Shown: positions 1-9,225 of the stretch, piece by piece | How the letters are laid out: every line of letters starts with the position of its first letter | Numbering within the stretch: the first letter of the stretch is position 1 | Sequence record: OZ035795.1 | From: Krischvirus LF73P4 | Strand: one strand, 5' to 3' | DNA: 64,000 bases | Made by a program: the position numbers and the translations under genes | Notes under the pieces: model-generated | What the model was told of the DNA's origin: nothing | Databases searched by the model: none | The model's input: only the letters and a program-made list of their open reading frames with translations

Positions 1-224
1 GTTGTATTAGTGCAATGAAGCTACTGGATGATCTGGGTATTCCGTATACACTTAAACCAGTATTCAAGCAGGTCGGGGTTGACATTATTCCCGACCGTGA
101 TATGATTGAAGAACTGGCGGGGAGGCTAAACTCAAAGAGCCTCCGGTTTGTATACCCCCAGATATTCATTGACAACGAGCACATTGGAGGCTATAAAGAA
201 CTGAGGGCGATTTATGATTATTGA
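1..224 (+). CDS. glutaredoxin/thioredoxin-like protein (NrdC-like), 5' partial; N-terminus lies upstream of the window
   Basis: Frame is open from the window edge; translation ...CISAMKLLDDLGIPY...YPQIFIDNEHIGGYKEL matches the glutaredoxin pattern (second Cys of the CxxC site, then the PQIFI..HIGG motif). Confidence 0.6.
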   Translation, partial: CISAMKLLDDLGIPYTLKPVFKQVGVDIIPDRDMIEELAGRLNSKSLRFVYPQIFIDNEHIGGYKELRAIYDY

Positions 225-264
225 GAATTTAGTTTCGGTGTTCATTATTGCTTTATTTGCTATA

Positions 265-372
265 ATGGCTTTACCGTTGAAGAAGTGTAAACACTGTAAC
301 GGAACAGGATTGCGTGGTGATGGGTGTTGCGCTCATTGTCACGGATCTGGTAAAGTAAGTATCATTAAGTAA
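265..372 (+). CDS. 35-aa zinc-finger mini-protein with two CxxCxGxG (DnaJ-type) motifs
   Basis: Not in supplied track (<60 aa); ATG at about 265, translation MALPLKKCKHCNGTGLRGDGCCAHCHGSGKVSIIK; an in-frame GTG at about 238 would add a hydrophobic N-terminus. Confidence 0.35.
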   Translation: MALPLKKCKHCNGTGLRGDGCCAHCHGSGKVSIIK

Positions 373-393
373 TTCTTGAGTGAGGAATATATT

Positions 394-681
394 ATGTTAG
401 TACACAATGCAATCGCACACATGGTTTATTCTCGATTTGGGCGCATGGAAGAAATCAATATTACCGATGCAGATTTAGATCTGATGCAAGTCGAAGGCCA
501 GACATATCTGAAAAATAACGGCGTGAATATCGGTAAAGCGCGTGTGCGTGAATTGTTGGTTGAATATATTCTCTCTGAATTTGGCATTAGTGCTTTCGGT
601 GTGAAAGAGATTGCACCTAAGCGCGAAATTTCTGATAAAATGATCAAGAAATGCCAGAAAGCACGACGTAAGGGTTTCTAA
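394..681 (+). CDS. hypothetical protein
   Basis: Track ORF 376..681; internal ATG at 394 preceded by GAGGAA chosen as start. Confidence 0.5.
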   Translation: MLVHNAIAHMVYSRFGRMEEINITDADLDLMQVEGQTYLKNNGVNIGKARVRELLVEYILSEFGISAFGVKEIAPKREISDKMIKKCQKARRKGF

Positions 682-2150
682 TGAAGATTGAAACATTAAT
701 CGCATTGCCAGCGGCGGGGAAAACTGATGCTATACTTTCCCACGTCCTAGAGACAAAAGAAAAAGCGGTTATTGCTTCGCCATCTCGTGTTTTAAGTGAA
801 CAATCTTACAATAAGTTTAAAAGAATGGGCGGTCGTGCTGTCTTGATTGATAGCACCAGACTAAGAAGCCTTAAGACAGTGCAAGCGTCGATAATGCAAT
901 CAGTTAAAGACGGTGCTGATGTGATATTCATTACACATACAGCGTTATCTAATATGGAACGTTCAAAAATGTTTGGTGATTATGCTCTTTACATTGATGA
1001 AGTTCCTCAACTGGTTGAATTTAATGAGTATCCGTTTAAGTCTAATCTTGAACTTATCACGAAGCATTGCGAACCAATCGCCGACGAATCGGAATGCCTA
1101 CAGAACTTAGTTCTAAAAGACTCTGAGAAGGCCGCTATCAAAGAAAAGATAGAAAGTGCAAAGGATGGTACTGATATGATCGATTCTTCTCTTAGAGGGC
1201 TTTATGAGGCGTTATTAGAGAAGAAAATCAACGTTATGGTAAAACATAACGAAGGACACCGGAAGAATGGGTCGAAAATTGTTTTCTTGAACGATAACAA
1301 ACACGGTACGTGGGGAGACTTTAAAAAAGTTACGATAGCATGTGCAAATCTCTTTGATACATATAGTGGGAAGTATCTACGATACTATGCAAATTGCGAT
1401 TTTGTTCCGAGTGCGCTAGAATCCAGACTATATTTCAAAGAGTATAAAAATACAGATAGAGTTAACATCATCCTTATGACGGACTCCGAACGATGGTCGC
1501 GTCACCAGTCAGAAACAAACAATACCTTTGAACGTCTTGTTGATATGGTTAAAAATGAATGTGGTGATGACTTCATTTATACCGTGAATCGGGACCGTGA
1601 AGCGTGCACAAATGGTATTGGTGAGCGGATACCTTACGGATCTTATGGTCTTAACTCTTACATTCATCATAAAAATGTTGCTGTGATGTTCAGCTTTAAC
1701 CCTCAACGATGGGAGATTGATATTTTAAAAGGTCTTGCTAATAGTTGTGATCTCCCGACAAACGAGTTTTTGAAAGCGCGTCATGTGTCTGATTATCTGG
1801 AACCAGCATTTCAATTATGTTTGCGTTGTAACCTGAGAGACAACGAGAGCAAGGAGAATGTTAATCTATATGTTCCTGATTGGGCGTTGGTGGATTATCT
1901 AAAAACGTTTCTACCTAATGCCAATGTAATAACAGACCGAATGATTCCGCTAGAATGTGGTGAGCGTAAAGGGAGAAAATCATTTAAAAAGATGTTCGAC
2001 TTTAACGAGCAAGAGAATGCAAGATTTAACGGATTTAAGTATCGCATGAAGAAAAAAGGAAAAACTCTTGATCCGTCTGACGGCGAATCTGTAGAGATGG
2101 TTAGAGTGTGGATAACTAAGCAAAGAAAGTATAATGGCAATGGGGAATAG
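681..2150 (+). CDS. P-loop NTPase with helicase-like N-terminal motifs, function unknown
   Basis: 489-aa ORF; Walker A-like ALPAAGKT at residues about 9-16, PSRVL resembling SF2 motif Ia, Walker B-like ALYIDEV about 90 residues later; start overlaps upstream stop. Confidence 0.55.
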   Translation: MKIETLIALPAAGKTDAILSHVLETKEKAVIASPSRVLSEQSYNKFKRMGGRAVLIDSTRLRSLKTVQASIMQSVKDGADVIFITHTALSNMERSKMFGDYALYIDEVPQLVEFNEYPFKSNLELITKHCEPIADESECLQNLVLKDSEKAAIKEKIESAKDGTDMIDSSLRGLYEALLEKKINVMVKHNEGHRKNGSKIVFLNDNKHGTWGDFKKVTIACANLFDTYSGKYLRYYANCDFVPSALESRLYFKEYKNTDRVNIILMTDSERWSRHQSETNNTFERLVDMVKNECGDDFIYTVNRDREACTNGIGERIPYGSYGLNSYIHHKNVAVMFSFNPQRWEIDILKGLANSCDLPTNEFLKARHVSDYLEPAFQLCLRCNLRDNESKENVNLYVPDWALVDYLKTFLPNANVITDRMIPLECGERKGRKSFKKMFDFNEQENARFNGFKYRMKKKGKTLDPSDGESVEMVRVWITKQRKYNGNGE

Positions 2151-2190
2151 CCCGAAAGGGTTATTTCCTAAATAATAGCGAGGGTGCGAA

Positions 2191-2724
2191 GTGTCTGATT
2201 ATGTAAACAATAAAGAGCTTTACGAAGAAATTTGCCGTTGGAAACAACGAATTGCAGCAGAAGGTCGGCAAGTGCCAATGAGCGATCAAATCGGCCTGGC
2301 AATTATGCAAATCTCTAAAAATCTATCACGGCGTTTTAACTTTTCTGGCTATAGTCAAACATGGCGCGAAGAAATGATCGACGATGGAATCGAAGCGGCG
2401 GTCAAGGGTTTGATTAATTTTGACGAGACAAAGTATAAAAATCCTCATGCTTACATCACGCAAGCGTGCTTTAATGCTTTTGTACAGCGCATTAAAAAAG
2501 AGAGAACAGCGACAGCCGCAAAATACAAATATTTTGTGCATCATGTATATGACGAACGCGACGCTGATATGTGCCAGATTGCTGATGAGGCATTCATACA
2601 GGACATTTACGATAAAATCAACAACTACGAGGAATCGGTCAATAAACCGAAAGCGCCAAAGGTTGAAGATGTATTGACCGAGGAATTGCCTAGCTTGGAC
2701 CAATTTTATGAGATTGAAAATTAA
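2191..2724 (+). CDS. 55: late-transcription sigma factor gp55
   Basis: 177 aa; ...YVNNKEL...[48 protein letters not shown] matches recalled T4 gp55; GTG start after GAGGGTG. Confidence 0.85.
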   Translation: MSDYVNNKELYEEICRWKQRIAAEGRQVPMSDQIGLAIMQISKNLSRRFNFSGYSQTWREEMIDDGIEAAVKGLINFDETKYKNPHAYITQACFNAFVQRIKKERTATAAKYKYFVHHVYDERDADMCQIADEAFIQDIYDKINNYEESVNKPKAPKVEDVLTEELPSLDQFYEIEN

Positions 2725-2941
2725 CATTTCCCGTTTGCTGGAAGAAGCAGAGTTTGAAACTGACCTTGTGCCGTATTTCGCCAAATTATTTTTGAGAGAT
2801 TGCGGCGTTCCGGTGATTATCGATCCGTGCAATATCAAATCACCGGATCTTGAGGTCTTGACGGGTACAATCTCACATAGCTATAATGTATCAGAAGATG
2901 AATTTTCTTTAATCATCGACTATATCCCAGAAGGAAAATAA
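2708..2941 (+). CDS. hypothetical protein
   Basis: 77-aa ORF overlapping the end of gene 55. Confidence 0.4.
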   Translation: MRLKINISRLLEEAEFETDLVPYFAKLFLRDCGVPVIIDPCNIKSPDLEVLTGTISHSYNVSEDEFSLIIDYIPEGK

Positions 2942-2942
2942 C

Positions 2943-3230
2943 ATGACTTACGATGAACAGCATGACCAGATTGCAGTGAATGAAGTAGACAAAGTACAAG
3001 CAGAACTAGAGGCTAAAGCCGCTAAGAAAGCGGAAAAGATCTTGCGTAAGAACTCGCGAGAGATTGCACGCCTTAAGCGGTGGGCGGAACAAGCTATCAT
3101 CGATGATAATCGTGATGCGTATATCTACGCTATCGGAAAGTTACGTGATATCTACAAACAGCCACACACGCCAGAACTGCTTTCTGCTATGTGGATTAGT
3201 ACACGGCAAACGGTATTAAGTATGCTGTAA
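2943..3230 (+). CDS. hypothetical protein
   Basis: 95-aa ORF, Lys/Ala-rich helical N-terminal half; followed by a hairpin and T-run. Confidence 0.45.
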   Translation: MTYDEQHDQIAVNEVDKVQAELEAKAAKKAEKILRKNSREIARLKRWAEQAIIDDNRDAYIYAIGKLRDIYKQPHTPELLSAMWISTRQTVLSML

Positions 3231-3320
3231 TGGCTTTATAAGGGAGACTCTGAAAGGGGTTTCCCTTTTTATTTTTCTGTGATATAGTGAGAGCATCGAA
3301 AACGAAGAGAGGAAGAGACT

Positions 3321-4346
3321 ATGAAAATTTTGCTTTTAGGTGATCTGCATACTGGTATCGGTGGCGATGATCCGTGGGTGCATGAGTATATTCTTGATAC
3401 CATCAAGAAAGCGGTTGAATACTCCAAAGAGCATAATATTAAGACATGGATTCAAACAGGGGATTGGTTTGATTGCCGAAAAGCAATTACCCATGAAACC
3501 ATGAAATTTAACCGTACTAAGGTCATCCCGTTACTGGAAGAGGCTGATATTACTTGTTATATCACGGTCGGGAATCATGATATGTTTAAACGAAACAAGA
3601 TCCAGCCTAACGCACCGCGCGAAGTGTTAAGCCAGTATGATTGCATTAAGGTTATCGATAAACCGGAAACAGTTACCTTTGATGGTGTATCATTTGATCT
3701 GTTCCCGTGGTTTTGTGATGACAATAAATCAGAGGTTTTAGAGTTTATTCAAAACTCATTCAGCGAATATTGTGTAGGCCATTGGGAATTGTCCGGTTAC
3801 TATTTCTATAAAGGGCTAAAATCCGAAGGTTATAGCTCGGACTTCCTCAAGAAATACCGTGAAGTGTTTTCGGGTCACTTTCATACTATCAGTGATGGCG
3901 GTAACGTAACGTATATTGGTACACCATACACACTAACGGCGGGTGACGAAAACGATCCGCGTGGTTTTTGGGTATTCGATACCGATACACACAAAAAAGA
4001 GTTTATTCAGAATGACAAAACTTATCATGTGCGTATCACTTACCCGTCAGATGATAAAATCGATGTAGAACGCTTTAAAGGGCTTAGTGTGCGTCTTATC
4101 GCAACGGTCGCTGATAATGGATTAACTAAGTTAGAAAGCGCGTTAGAGGCCGTTGTACACAAGCTAAAAGTGGTCCATAAACTGGAGAGTAGCGCATCAC
4201 AGGAAACAGGTGTTATTGAAGTTAAAAGCACTATTCAGATGGTCTATGAATATCTGGAAGAACAAAACCTAGAACCGGAAGAACTTGCGGCGGTCAAGCG
4301 TATTTCTGATGAACTTTTAGCCGAAGTAAATAACGCAAAAAGTTAG
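3321..4346 (+). CDS. 47: recombination endonuclease subunit gp47 (Mre11-like phosphoesterase)
   Basis: 341 aa; MKIL.LGD.H.G...D.W; TWIQ.GD.FD.RKAITH; GNHD; GHWEL.G.YFYKG; GHFHT match recalled T4 gp47. Confidence 0.9.
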   Translation: MKILLLGDLHTGIGGDDPWVHEYILDTIKKAVEYSKEHNIKTWIQTGDWFDCRKAITHETMKFNRTKVIPLLEEADITCYITVGNHDMFKRNKIQPNAPREVLSQYDCIKVIDKPETVTFDGVSFDLFPWFCDDNKSEVLEFIQNSFSEYCVGHWELSGYYFYKGLKSEGYSSDFLKKYREVFSGHFHTISDGGNVTYIGTPYTLTAGDENDPRGFWVFDTDTHKKEFIQNDKTYHVRITYPSDDKIDVERFKGLSVRLIATVADNGLTKLESALEAVVHKLKVVHKLESSASQETGVIEVKSTIQMVYEYLEEQNLEPEELAAVKRISDELLAEVNNAKS

Positions 4347-4375
4347 TTGACGCGGGGAGAAATCCCCGTTATACT
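4347..4375 (+). promoter_or_regulatory. sigma70-type early promoter TTGACG-N17-TATACT with GGGGA/TCCCC hairpin in the spacer
   Basis: Hexamers with 17-nt spacing downstream of gene 47 stop. Confidence 0.4.
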
Positions 4376-4400
4376 CTCTAAAAATTGATTGGAGGTTGTT

Positions 4401-4652
4401 ATGATTACTAATGCACTGAAAGAAATCAACGAAGGTTTATCGAAATTCACTAAGATCCATGTATTTGAGGTTGTGCGAGATGGTCAGTATATGCTATCAT
4501 TTCGGTCTAACTATGGTTTGTGGACTCATGACGAAATCCCATTTGATCGTGAAAATATCACCAAAGAGGGGCTAACAAACATCGTATCTCGTAAGGTTGC
4601 TGATATTACCCAGAATGTTATTGCTCGTGGGTCTATGGGGTCTGTACGATGA
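4401..4652 (+). CDS. hypothetical protein
   Basis: Track ORF 4389..4652; ATG at 4401 after GGAGG. Confidence 0.45.
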   Translation: MITNALKEINEGLSKFTKIHVFEVVRDGQYMLSFRSNYGLWTHDEIPFDRENITKEGLTNIVSRKVADITQNVIARGSMGSVR

Positions 4653-4966
4653 AAACACTTGCACAAAAAGTAATGGAATTTAATGCCGCGTTGCCTATGT
4701 TTGCTCGACGCAAGGGGATCTCCGTTGATGTATGGTATTCCAAAGAGCATGAAGAAGTTCGGATGATGGTCGAAAAGCGACTCACCGATACTACTGTTAA
4801 GTGTAAGATTCGCTCTATTCCTCGCGCGGAAATAGAATTTGATGAAAGCTATTACTTTACGCTACGTCATACACTGAAACAAGCAGTGGATGAACTTTTA
4901 GAAGACCTGAAACAATATGAAATTGAACGAGGAACATATTATGAATACGACTATGGTCGCGGCTGA
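4649..4966 (+). CDS. hypothetical protein
   Basis: 105-aa ORF, ATGA overlap with upstream stop. Confidence 0.45.
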   Translation: MKTLAQKVMEFNAALPMFARRKGISVDVWYSKEHEEVRMMVEKRLTDTTVKCKIRSIPRAEIEFDESYYFTLRHTLKQAVDELLEDLKQYEIERGTYYEYDYGRG

Positions 4967-5513
4967 TCCTGATTCGATAGCAATGGAATATTTTATTGAA
5001 TTGGTGCACGCGTACACACTAAAACAATCATATTACAAGAATCCGATCTATGGTTATCTGAAAGCGCGTATTGCTAAAATGTGGGGTCAGCCAGTGGTTA
5101 AGCTGTGGTATGATGACGGCTACCGTCGTTACCTTAAAGTGATTCACCCACAAGAATTGATGGTGACTATGGGCATTGGCGACTTTGTAAAAGACAAAGT
5201 AGAATCCATTATTAAGAGTGTGGTTGGTGAATATAATCCGATTGTATATGGTGCTTTCGTCCAGTGGAAACAATCCAGCAAATATTATTTTCCGAATACT
5301 CCATTGACGCTAACAGGTTGGATCTCTGTCATGCATAGTGGGGTATTCCTGGAAGCGTCAGAGACGATGTATAAAGGGTATATTCTCCCACATCGACTGG
5401 TGAAGTGTGATTATCGCTTGACTGTAGGTGAATTTCGCGATATTCTGGAACAACAAGCGGAAGACCTGCAAGGTGAAATTGAAGAATTTTTAGAGGAACA
5501 TAAACTAAAATGA
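4941..5513 (+). CDS. hypothetical protein
   Basis: Track ORF 4917..5513; ATG at 4941 after GAGGAA preferred. Confidence 0.45.
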   Translation: MNTTMVAADPDSIAMEYFIELVHAYTLKQSYYKNPIYGYLKARIAKMWGQPVVKLWYDDGYRRYLKVIHPQELMVTMGIGDFVKDKVESIIKSVVGEYNPIVYGAFVQWKQSSKYYFPNTPLTLTGWISVMHSGVFLEASETMYKGYILPHRLVKCDYRLTVGEFRDILEQQAEDLQGEIEEFLEEHKLK

Positions 5514-5773
5514 TTCTATCGATGACCTACCTTAGACACAGGGTTATAGAAGGTCTTCGCGAATATCTGGCATTGAATAAAGGGATTTATGTTGATCCCT
5601 TTATGACATATGATCCGGCGACACTGGATTATGTGATCATGTTGCCAGATCGCAGAGACACACTAGTTAAAGTGAAGGCGGCAAGTGTTTACAACATTGA
5701 TGAAGATGTGTTAGCATTTAATATTATGGAATGTGTGATTGCGGAGTGGATTAATGGCAAAGTTAAATTTTAA
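5510..5773 (+). CDS. hypothetical protein
   Basis: 87-aa ORF, ATGA overlap with upstream ORF. Confidence 0.4.
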   Translation: MILSMTYLRHRVIEGLREYLALNKGIYVDPFMTYDPATLDYVIMLPDRRDTLVKVKAASVYNIDEDVLAFNIMECVIAEWINGKVKF

Positions 5774-7436
5774 AACCTTGCGCTATCAAAATATAATGAG
5801 CGTGGGTGCTGAACCTGTTGAGATTCAGCTAGACGGATTCAAAAAGACACTAATCACTGGTGTTAACGGTGCTGGTAAATCAACAATGATCGAGGCGCTT
5901 TGCTTTGTGTTGTTCGGTAAACCGTTTCGTAGTATCAAGAAAGGCCAATTGATTAACAGCGTCAACAAAAAGAAACTGTTAGTCGAAGTCTGGTTTGAAC
6001 TGGACGGGAAAGAGTTTTATATAAAACGTGGTCAAAAACCGGAAGTATTCGAAGTGCATCGCGACGGTCAAAAGATCGACGAGAGCGCAAGCACCAAAGA
6101 CTTTCAGGAATATTTTGAAGGTATCATAGGCATGAACCTAGCCAGCTTCAAACAGATCGTTGTTTTAGGCACTGCTGGTTATGTTCCGTTTATGAGTCTT
6201 CCGGCAGCGGGTCGCCGTAAACTGGTCGAGGATTTGCTTGATATTGCTACGCTAGGCGAAATGGATAAACTGAATAAAGCGTATGTGCGCGAGATTACCC
6301 AGAATATCCAAATGCAGGAAATGAAAGCTAATCACGTTCAGCAACAAATCAACACTCATAAAAAGTACATAGAAGACGCTAGCAAGGCGAGTGCCGAGAA
6401 TCTCCAGCGTTTACAGAATATGTATGATAAAGAGGTAGAATCGGCTAAAGCATTTAAAGCCGAAGAAACGCGCTTGACCGATGAGCTATTGGCTGTTGTT
6501 ATGCCGGAAGATCCTAGCGCGGTATTGGCTAAAATTAATACTGCTATCGCACAGATTGGTGCGCAGATCCAGAACTTTGACCGTGTTATCCATATGCACG
6601 AGAAAGGCGGGATCTGTCCTACGTGCACACAACCGATCATTCAGGGTAATGATCAGACTGTACGCGAACAAAAAGCACAAGCGGAACATAAACTGTTTCT
6701 GATTGACGAGAAACGCGTAGAATACGCCGAGAAAGCAAATTCTTTCCAGGCAGCACAAACTAAGGTCTTGGAAATTAAACGCGCTATAGAGTCACAGAGA
6801 GCGAATTTAACGGCATCTGTAGGTCGTGCTAAACAGATCCAGAAAGCAATGCAGGAATTGCAAAAAGAAAGGGTTGACAATTCCGAAGAACTTGCTAAAC
6901 TGGAACACGAACTGGTAGAGATTACTAATGAAAAATCAAAGCTAGTTCTTGAAAAATATCACCGTGGATTTGTAACAGAAATGTTGAAGGATTCCGGTGT
7001 TAAGGCGTCTATCGTCAAGAAATATATTCCATATTTCAATGATCGGATTGCGTATTATCTTGATATTATGGAAGCGGATTATATCTTTACGCTAGATGAA
7101 GAGTTTAACGAAACAATCAAATCACGGGGGCGTGAATCGTTTTCGTATACATCGTTCAGTCAAGGCGAAAAGGCACGTATTGACCTTGCGATGCTCTTTA
7201 CATGGCGTGATGTTGCTGGTAAAGTATCTGGTACTAATATTTCTTTGTTGGTACTCGACGAAATTTATGATGGGGCTACGGACGTTCAGGGCGTAAAAGC
7301 ACTTGATTCCATCATTGACAAGTTAGATGATAACGTGTATATTATCAGCCATCGTGACCATAACCCTGATGATTTTAGCCGTCATCTCAAGATGGTTAAA
7401 CGTGGGCGATTCACTGAAATGAATGTTAACATTTGA
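5754..7436 (+). CDS. 46: recombination endonuclease subunit gp46 (Rad50/SbcC-like ATPase)
   Basis: 560 aa from ATG 5754; Walker A GVNGAGKST, long coiled-coil middle, CPTC zinc hook, C-terminal ...FSQGEKARIDLAMLF...LVLDE match recalled T4 gp46. Confidence 0.9.
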   Translation: MAKLNFKTLRYQNIMSVGAEPVEIQLDGFKKTLITGVNGAGKSTMIEALCFVLFGKPFRSIKKGQLINSVNKKKLLVEVWFELDGKEFYIKRGQKPEVFEVHRDGQKIDESASTKDFQEYFEGIIGMNLASFKQIVVLGTAGYVPFMSLPAAGRRKLVEDLLDIATLGEMDKLNKAYVREITQNIQMQEMKANHVQQQINTHKKYIEDASKASAENLQRLQNMYDKEVESAKAFKAEETRLTDELLAVVMPEDPSAVLAKINTAIAQIGAQIQNFDRVIHMHEKGGICPTCTQPIIQGNDQTVREQKAQAEHKLFLIDEKRVEYAEKANSFQAAQTKVLEIKRAIESQRANLTASVGRAKQIQKAMQELQKERVDNSEELAKLEHELVEITNEKSKLVLEKYHRGFVTEMLKDSGVKASIVKKYIPYFNDRIAYYLDIMEADYIFTLDEEFNETIKSRGRESFSYTSFSQGEKARIDLAMLFTWRDVAGKVSGTNISLLVLDEIYDGATDVQGVKALDSIIDKLDDNVYIISHRDHNPDDFSRHLKMVKRGRFTEMNVNI

Positions 7437-7653
7437 CAGAGTAACGCAGCCGGAGTTAGAATTGTATACCTTAATCAATCTATATTCCGGTGAAGAATAT
7501 GTAGTTAGTATGGGGGACATGAAAAACAGCATATACAGCGATGCAGACATAACAAAAATGTTGTCTTGTCGTCATCATGAGTTTATGCTGGTCCCCAAAT
7601 TTGATAAACTTGATTACCCTGATGCTGGGGTTGCAACAAACTTTAGAACGTGA
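7423..7653 (+). CDS. hypothetical protein
   Basis: 76-aa ORF overlapping the gene 46 stop. Confidence 0.4.
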   Translation: MLTFDRVTQPELELYTLINLYSGEEYVVSMGDMKNSIYSDADITKMLSCRHHEFMLVPKFDKLDYPDAGVATNFRT

Positions 7654-7683
7654 TATACTGATTTTATTTTGGAGATTAATATT

Positions 7684-8061
7684 ATGACTACTTCCGCAAA
7701 CCTGGCTAAAATTACTGTAGCAGACATTCAGAACAAGAAAACCAGCCTCGAATTTGACCGAGCAATGAACAAGATCCGTAAAGCGTGGGTACTGCAAATG
7801 CCGGAAAGCGAGAAAGCTAAAATGAAGGTTATCCCGCAGCAAGCACGCTTTGAACTGTACGCGCATATTGATGATATGGTGCAAAAAGAATGGATCGCTG
7901 CAATGCGCAAGTATTACGATGATTCAATTGCTAAAGGCGCTAAAACTATTCGAGGTAAAGATATTCTCGAAAAGGGTTATCAGATTGACACTGATGAACT
8001 GCTGATTGAAGCCGCTAGCGTAGTAGTAACTCGTCTGATCGCAATTGCTGATGGGAAGTGA
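7684..8061 (+). CDS. hypothetical protein (occupies the T4 rpbA position between 46 and 45)
   Basis: Track ORF 7669..8061; ATG 7684 after GGAGATTAA; positional inference only. Confidence 0.4.
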   Translation: MTTSANLAKITVADIQNKKTSLEFDRAMNKIRKAWVLQMPESEKAKMKVIPQQARFELYAHIDDMVQKEWIAAMRKYYDDSIAKGAKTIRGKDILEKGYQIDTDELLIEAASVVVTRLIAIADGK

Positions 8062-8065
8062 TAGA

Positions 8066-8443
8066 ATGAAACGTATGAGCTTAAAAGAACAAATGCTATT
8101 CATCCTACAAAATAGTAAATTATGTCATATTCCGTTTGACTATATCAAAGATAATGATGTAATGAACTACCGTCACGGGATAGAGTGTATTGAGTGGTAT
8201 TTTGTCCTAGATAAATTTGTTGATGATGTGATTCGTCGTAAACTTGCGTTTGATGTTCGTGGTGATCTGGTATATCTCGACGGAAAAAAGACCGCAAAGA
8301 ATCCTGTTACTGTCTATGCTCTGCAACAATACTTGACAGCTTACATTGGATTGAAGTATACTCACTCATCCGATAAGGAAGCCGAGAAAAAATTTATCGA
8401 AAGAATGCTAAAGATTCAAAATGAGCACGAAGTAAACCCGTAA
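8066..8443 (+). CDS. hypothetical protein
   Basis: Track ORF 8045..8443; alternative ATGs at 8051 and 8066. Confidence 0.4.
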   Translation: MKRMSLKEQMLFILQNSKLCHIPFDYIKDNDVMNYRHGIECIEWYFVLDKFVDDVIRRKLAFDVRGDLVYLDGKKTAKNPVTVYALQQYLTAYIGLKYTHSSDKEAEKKFIERMLKIQNEHEVNP

Positions 8444-8473
8444 TTAATTGATTAACATGATAAAGGTGATTTG

Positions 8474-9160
8474 ATGAAACTGACTAAAGAAACCATTGCT
8501 ACCCTGAAAAACTTTTCCGCTATTAACCCAGGTATCATCCTGAAAAAAGGAAACGTCCTAATCACCAAAAACATGACAAACGTTGTATATGGTGAAGCGA
8601 CTCTGAATCAAGAACTGGAACACGAAATCGGGATCTATGATCTTAACTCTTTCCTGGGCATTCTGAATCTGGTGGGCGATGAAGCAGATATTACGGTTGA
8701 TAACCGCACCGGAAACATTCGTGTGTCTAATGATCGTCTGAAAATTAATTATCCTGGTGCTAGTGCTGCTGCTATCGTATCACCGAAAGGCCGAGTTACT
8801 CCACCTGCAAGCGATGTAGATTACGAACTGAGCAACGACGATCTGAAACAGCTTATGAAAATGAGCAATCAGCTTAAAGTGGATCGCCTTGAATTTCTAC
8901 CGATTGATGGTCGTCTGATGATCAAAGGCTGGGAAGAGATTGACAAAAATAATCCTAATGAGATGTTTTGTCTTGATATGGGCGAATATACCGGAACCGC
9001 AGACTTCCATTTCTTTATTCGTAAAGATAACATGAAACTGGTTGCTACTGACTTCGGCGATTACAAACTGAGCTTCACTCGCCGTAAGGCTGTATGGCTG
9101 GCAAGTGAAACCGTATCTTATATGATCGCGTGTGACCTTGACTCCAGCTACACCGACTAA
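8474..9160 (+). CDS. 45: sliding clamp gp45
   Basis: 228 aa; MKL.K.T.A.LKNF..IN.GI.LK ... IYDLN.FLGIL.LV.D.A.I matches recalled T4 gp45. Confidence 0.9.
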   Translation: MKLTKETIATLKNFSAINPGIILKKGNVLITKNMTNVVYGEATLNQELEHEIGIYDLNSFLGILNLVGDEADITVDNRTGNIRVSNDRLKINYPGASAAAIVSPKGRVTPPASDVDYELSNDDLKQLMKMSNQLKVDRLEFLPIDGRLMIKGWEEIDKNNPNEMFCLDMGEYTGTADFHFFIRKDNMKLVATDFGDYKLSFTRRKAVWLASETVSYMIACDLDSSYTD

Positions 9161-9192
9161 TATAATGTTTGTGGGGAGTGTAAATACTCCCC
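9138..9192 (+). promoter_or_regulatory. early promoter TTGACT-N17-TATAAT followed by stem-loop GGGGAGT-gtaaat-ACTCCCC
   Basis: Perfect -10 with 17-nt spacer inside 3' end of gene 45; 7-bp hairpin immediately downstream. Confidence 0.5.
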
Positions 9193-9225
9193 GTTTTAAT
9201 GATGTAATTTGTGAGAGGTGATTAT

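Noticed and set aside
426-705. Minus-strand ORFs (73 and 76 aa) overlapping plus-strand ORF 394..681
   Set aside because: Antisense to a plus-strand ORF with a good RBS in a uniformly plus-strand operon; no RBS or promoter of their own.
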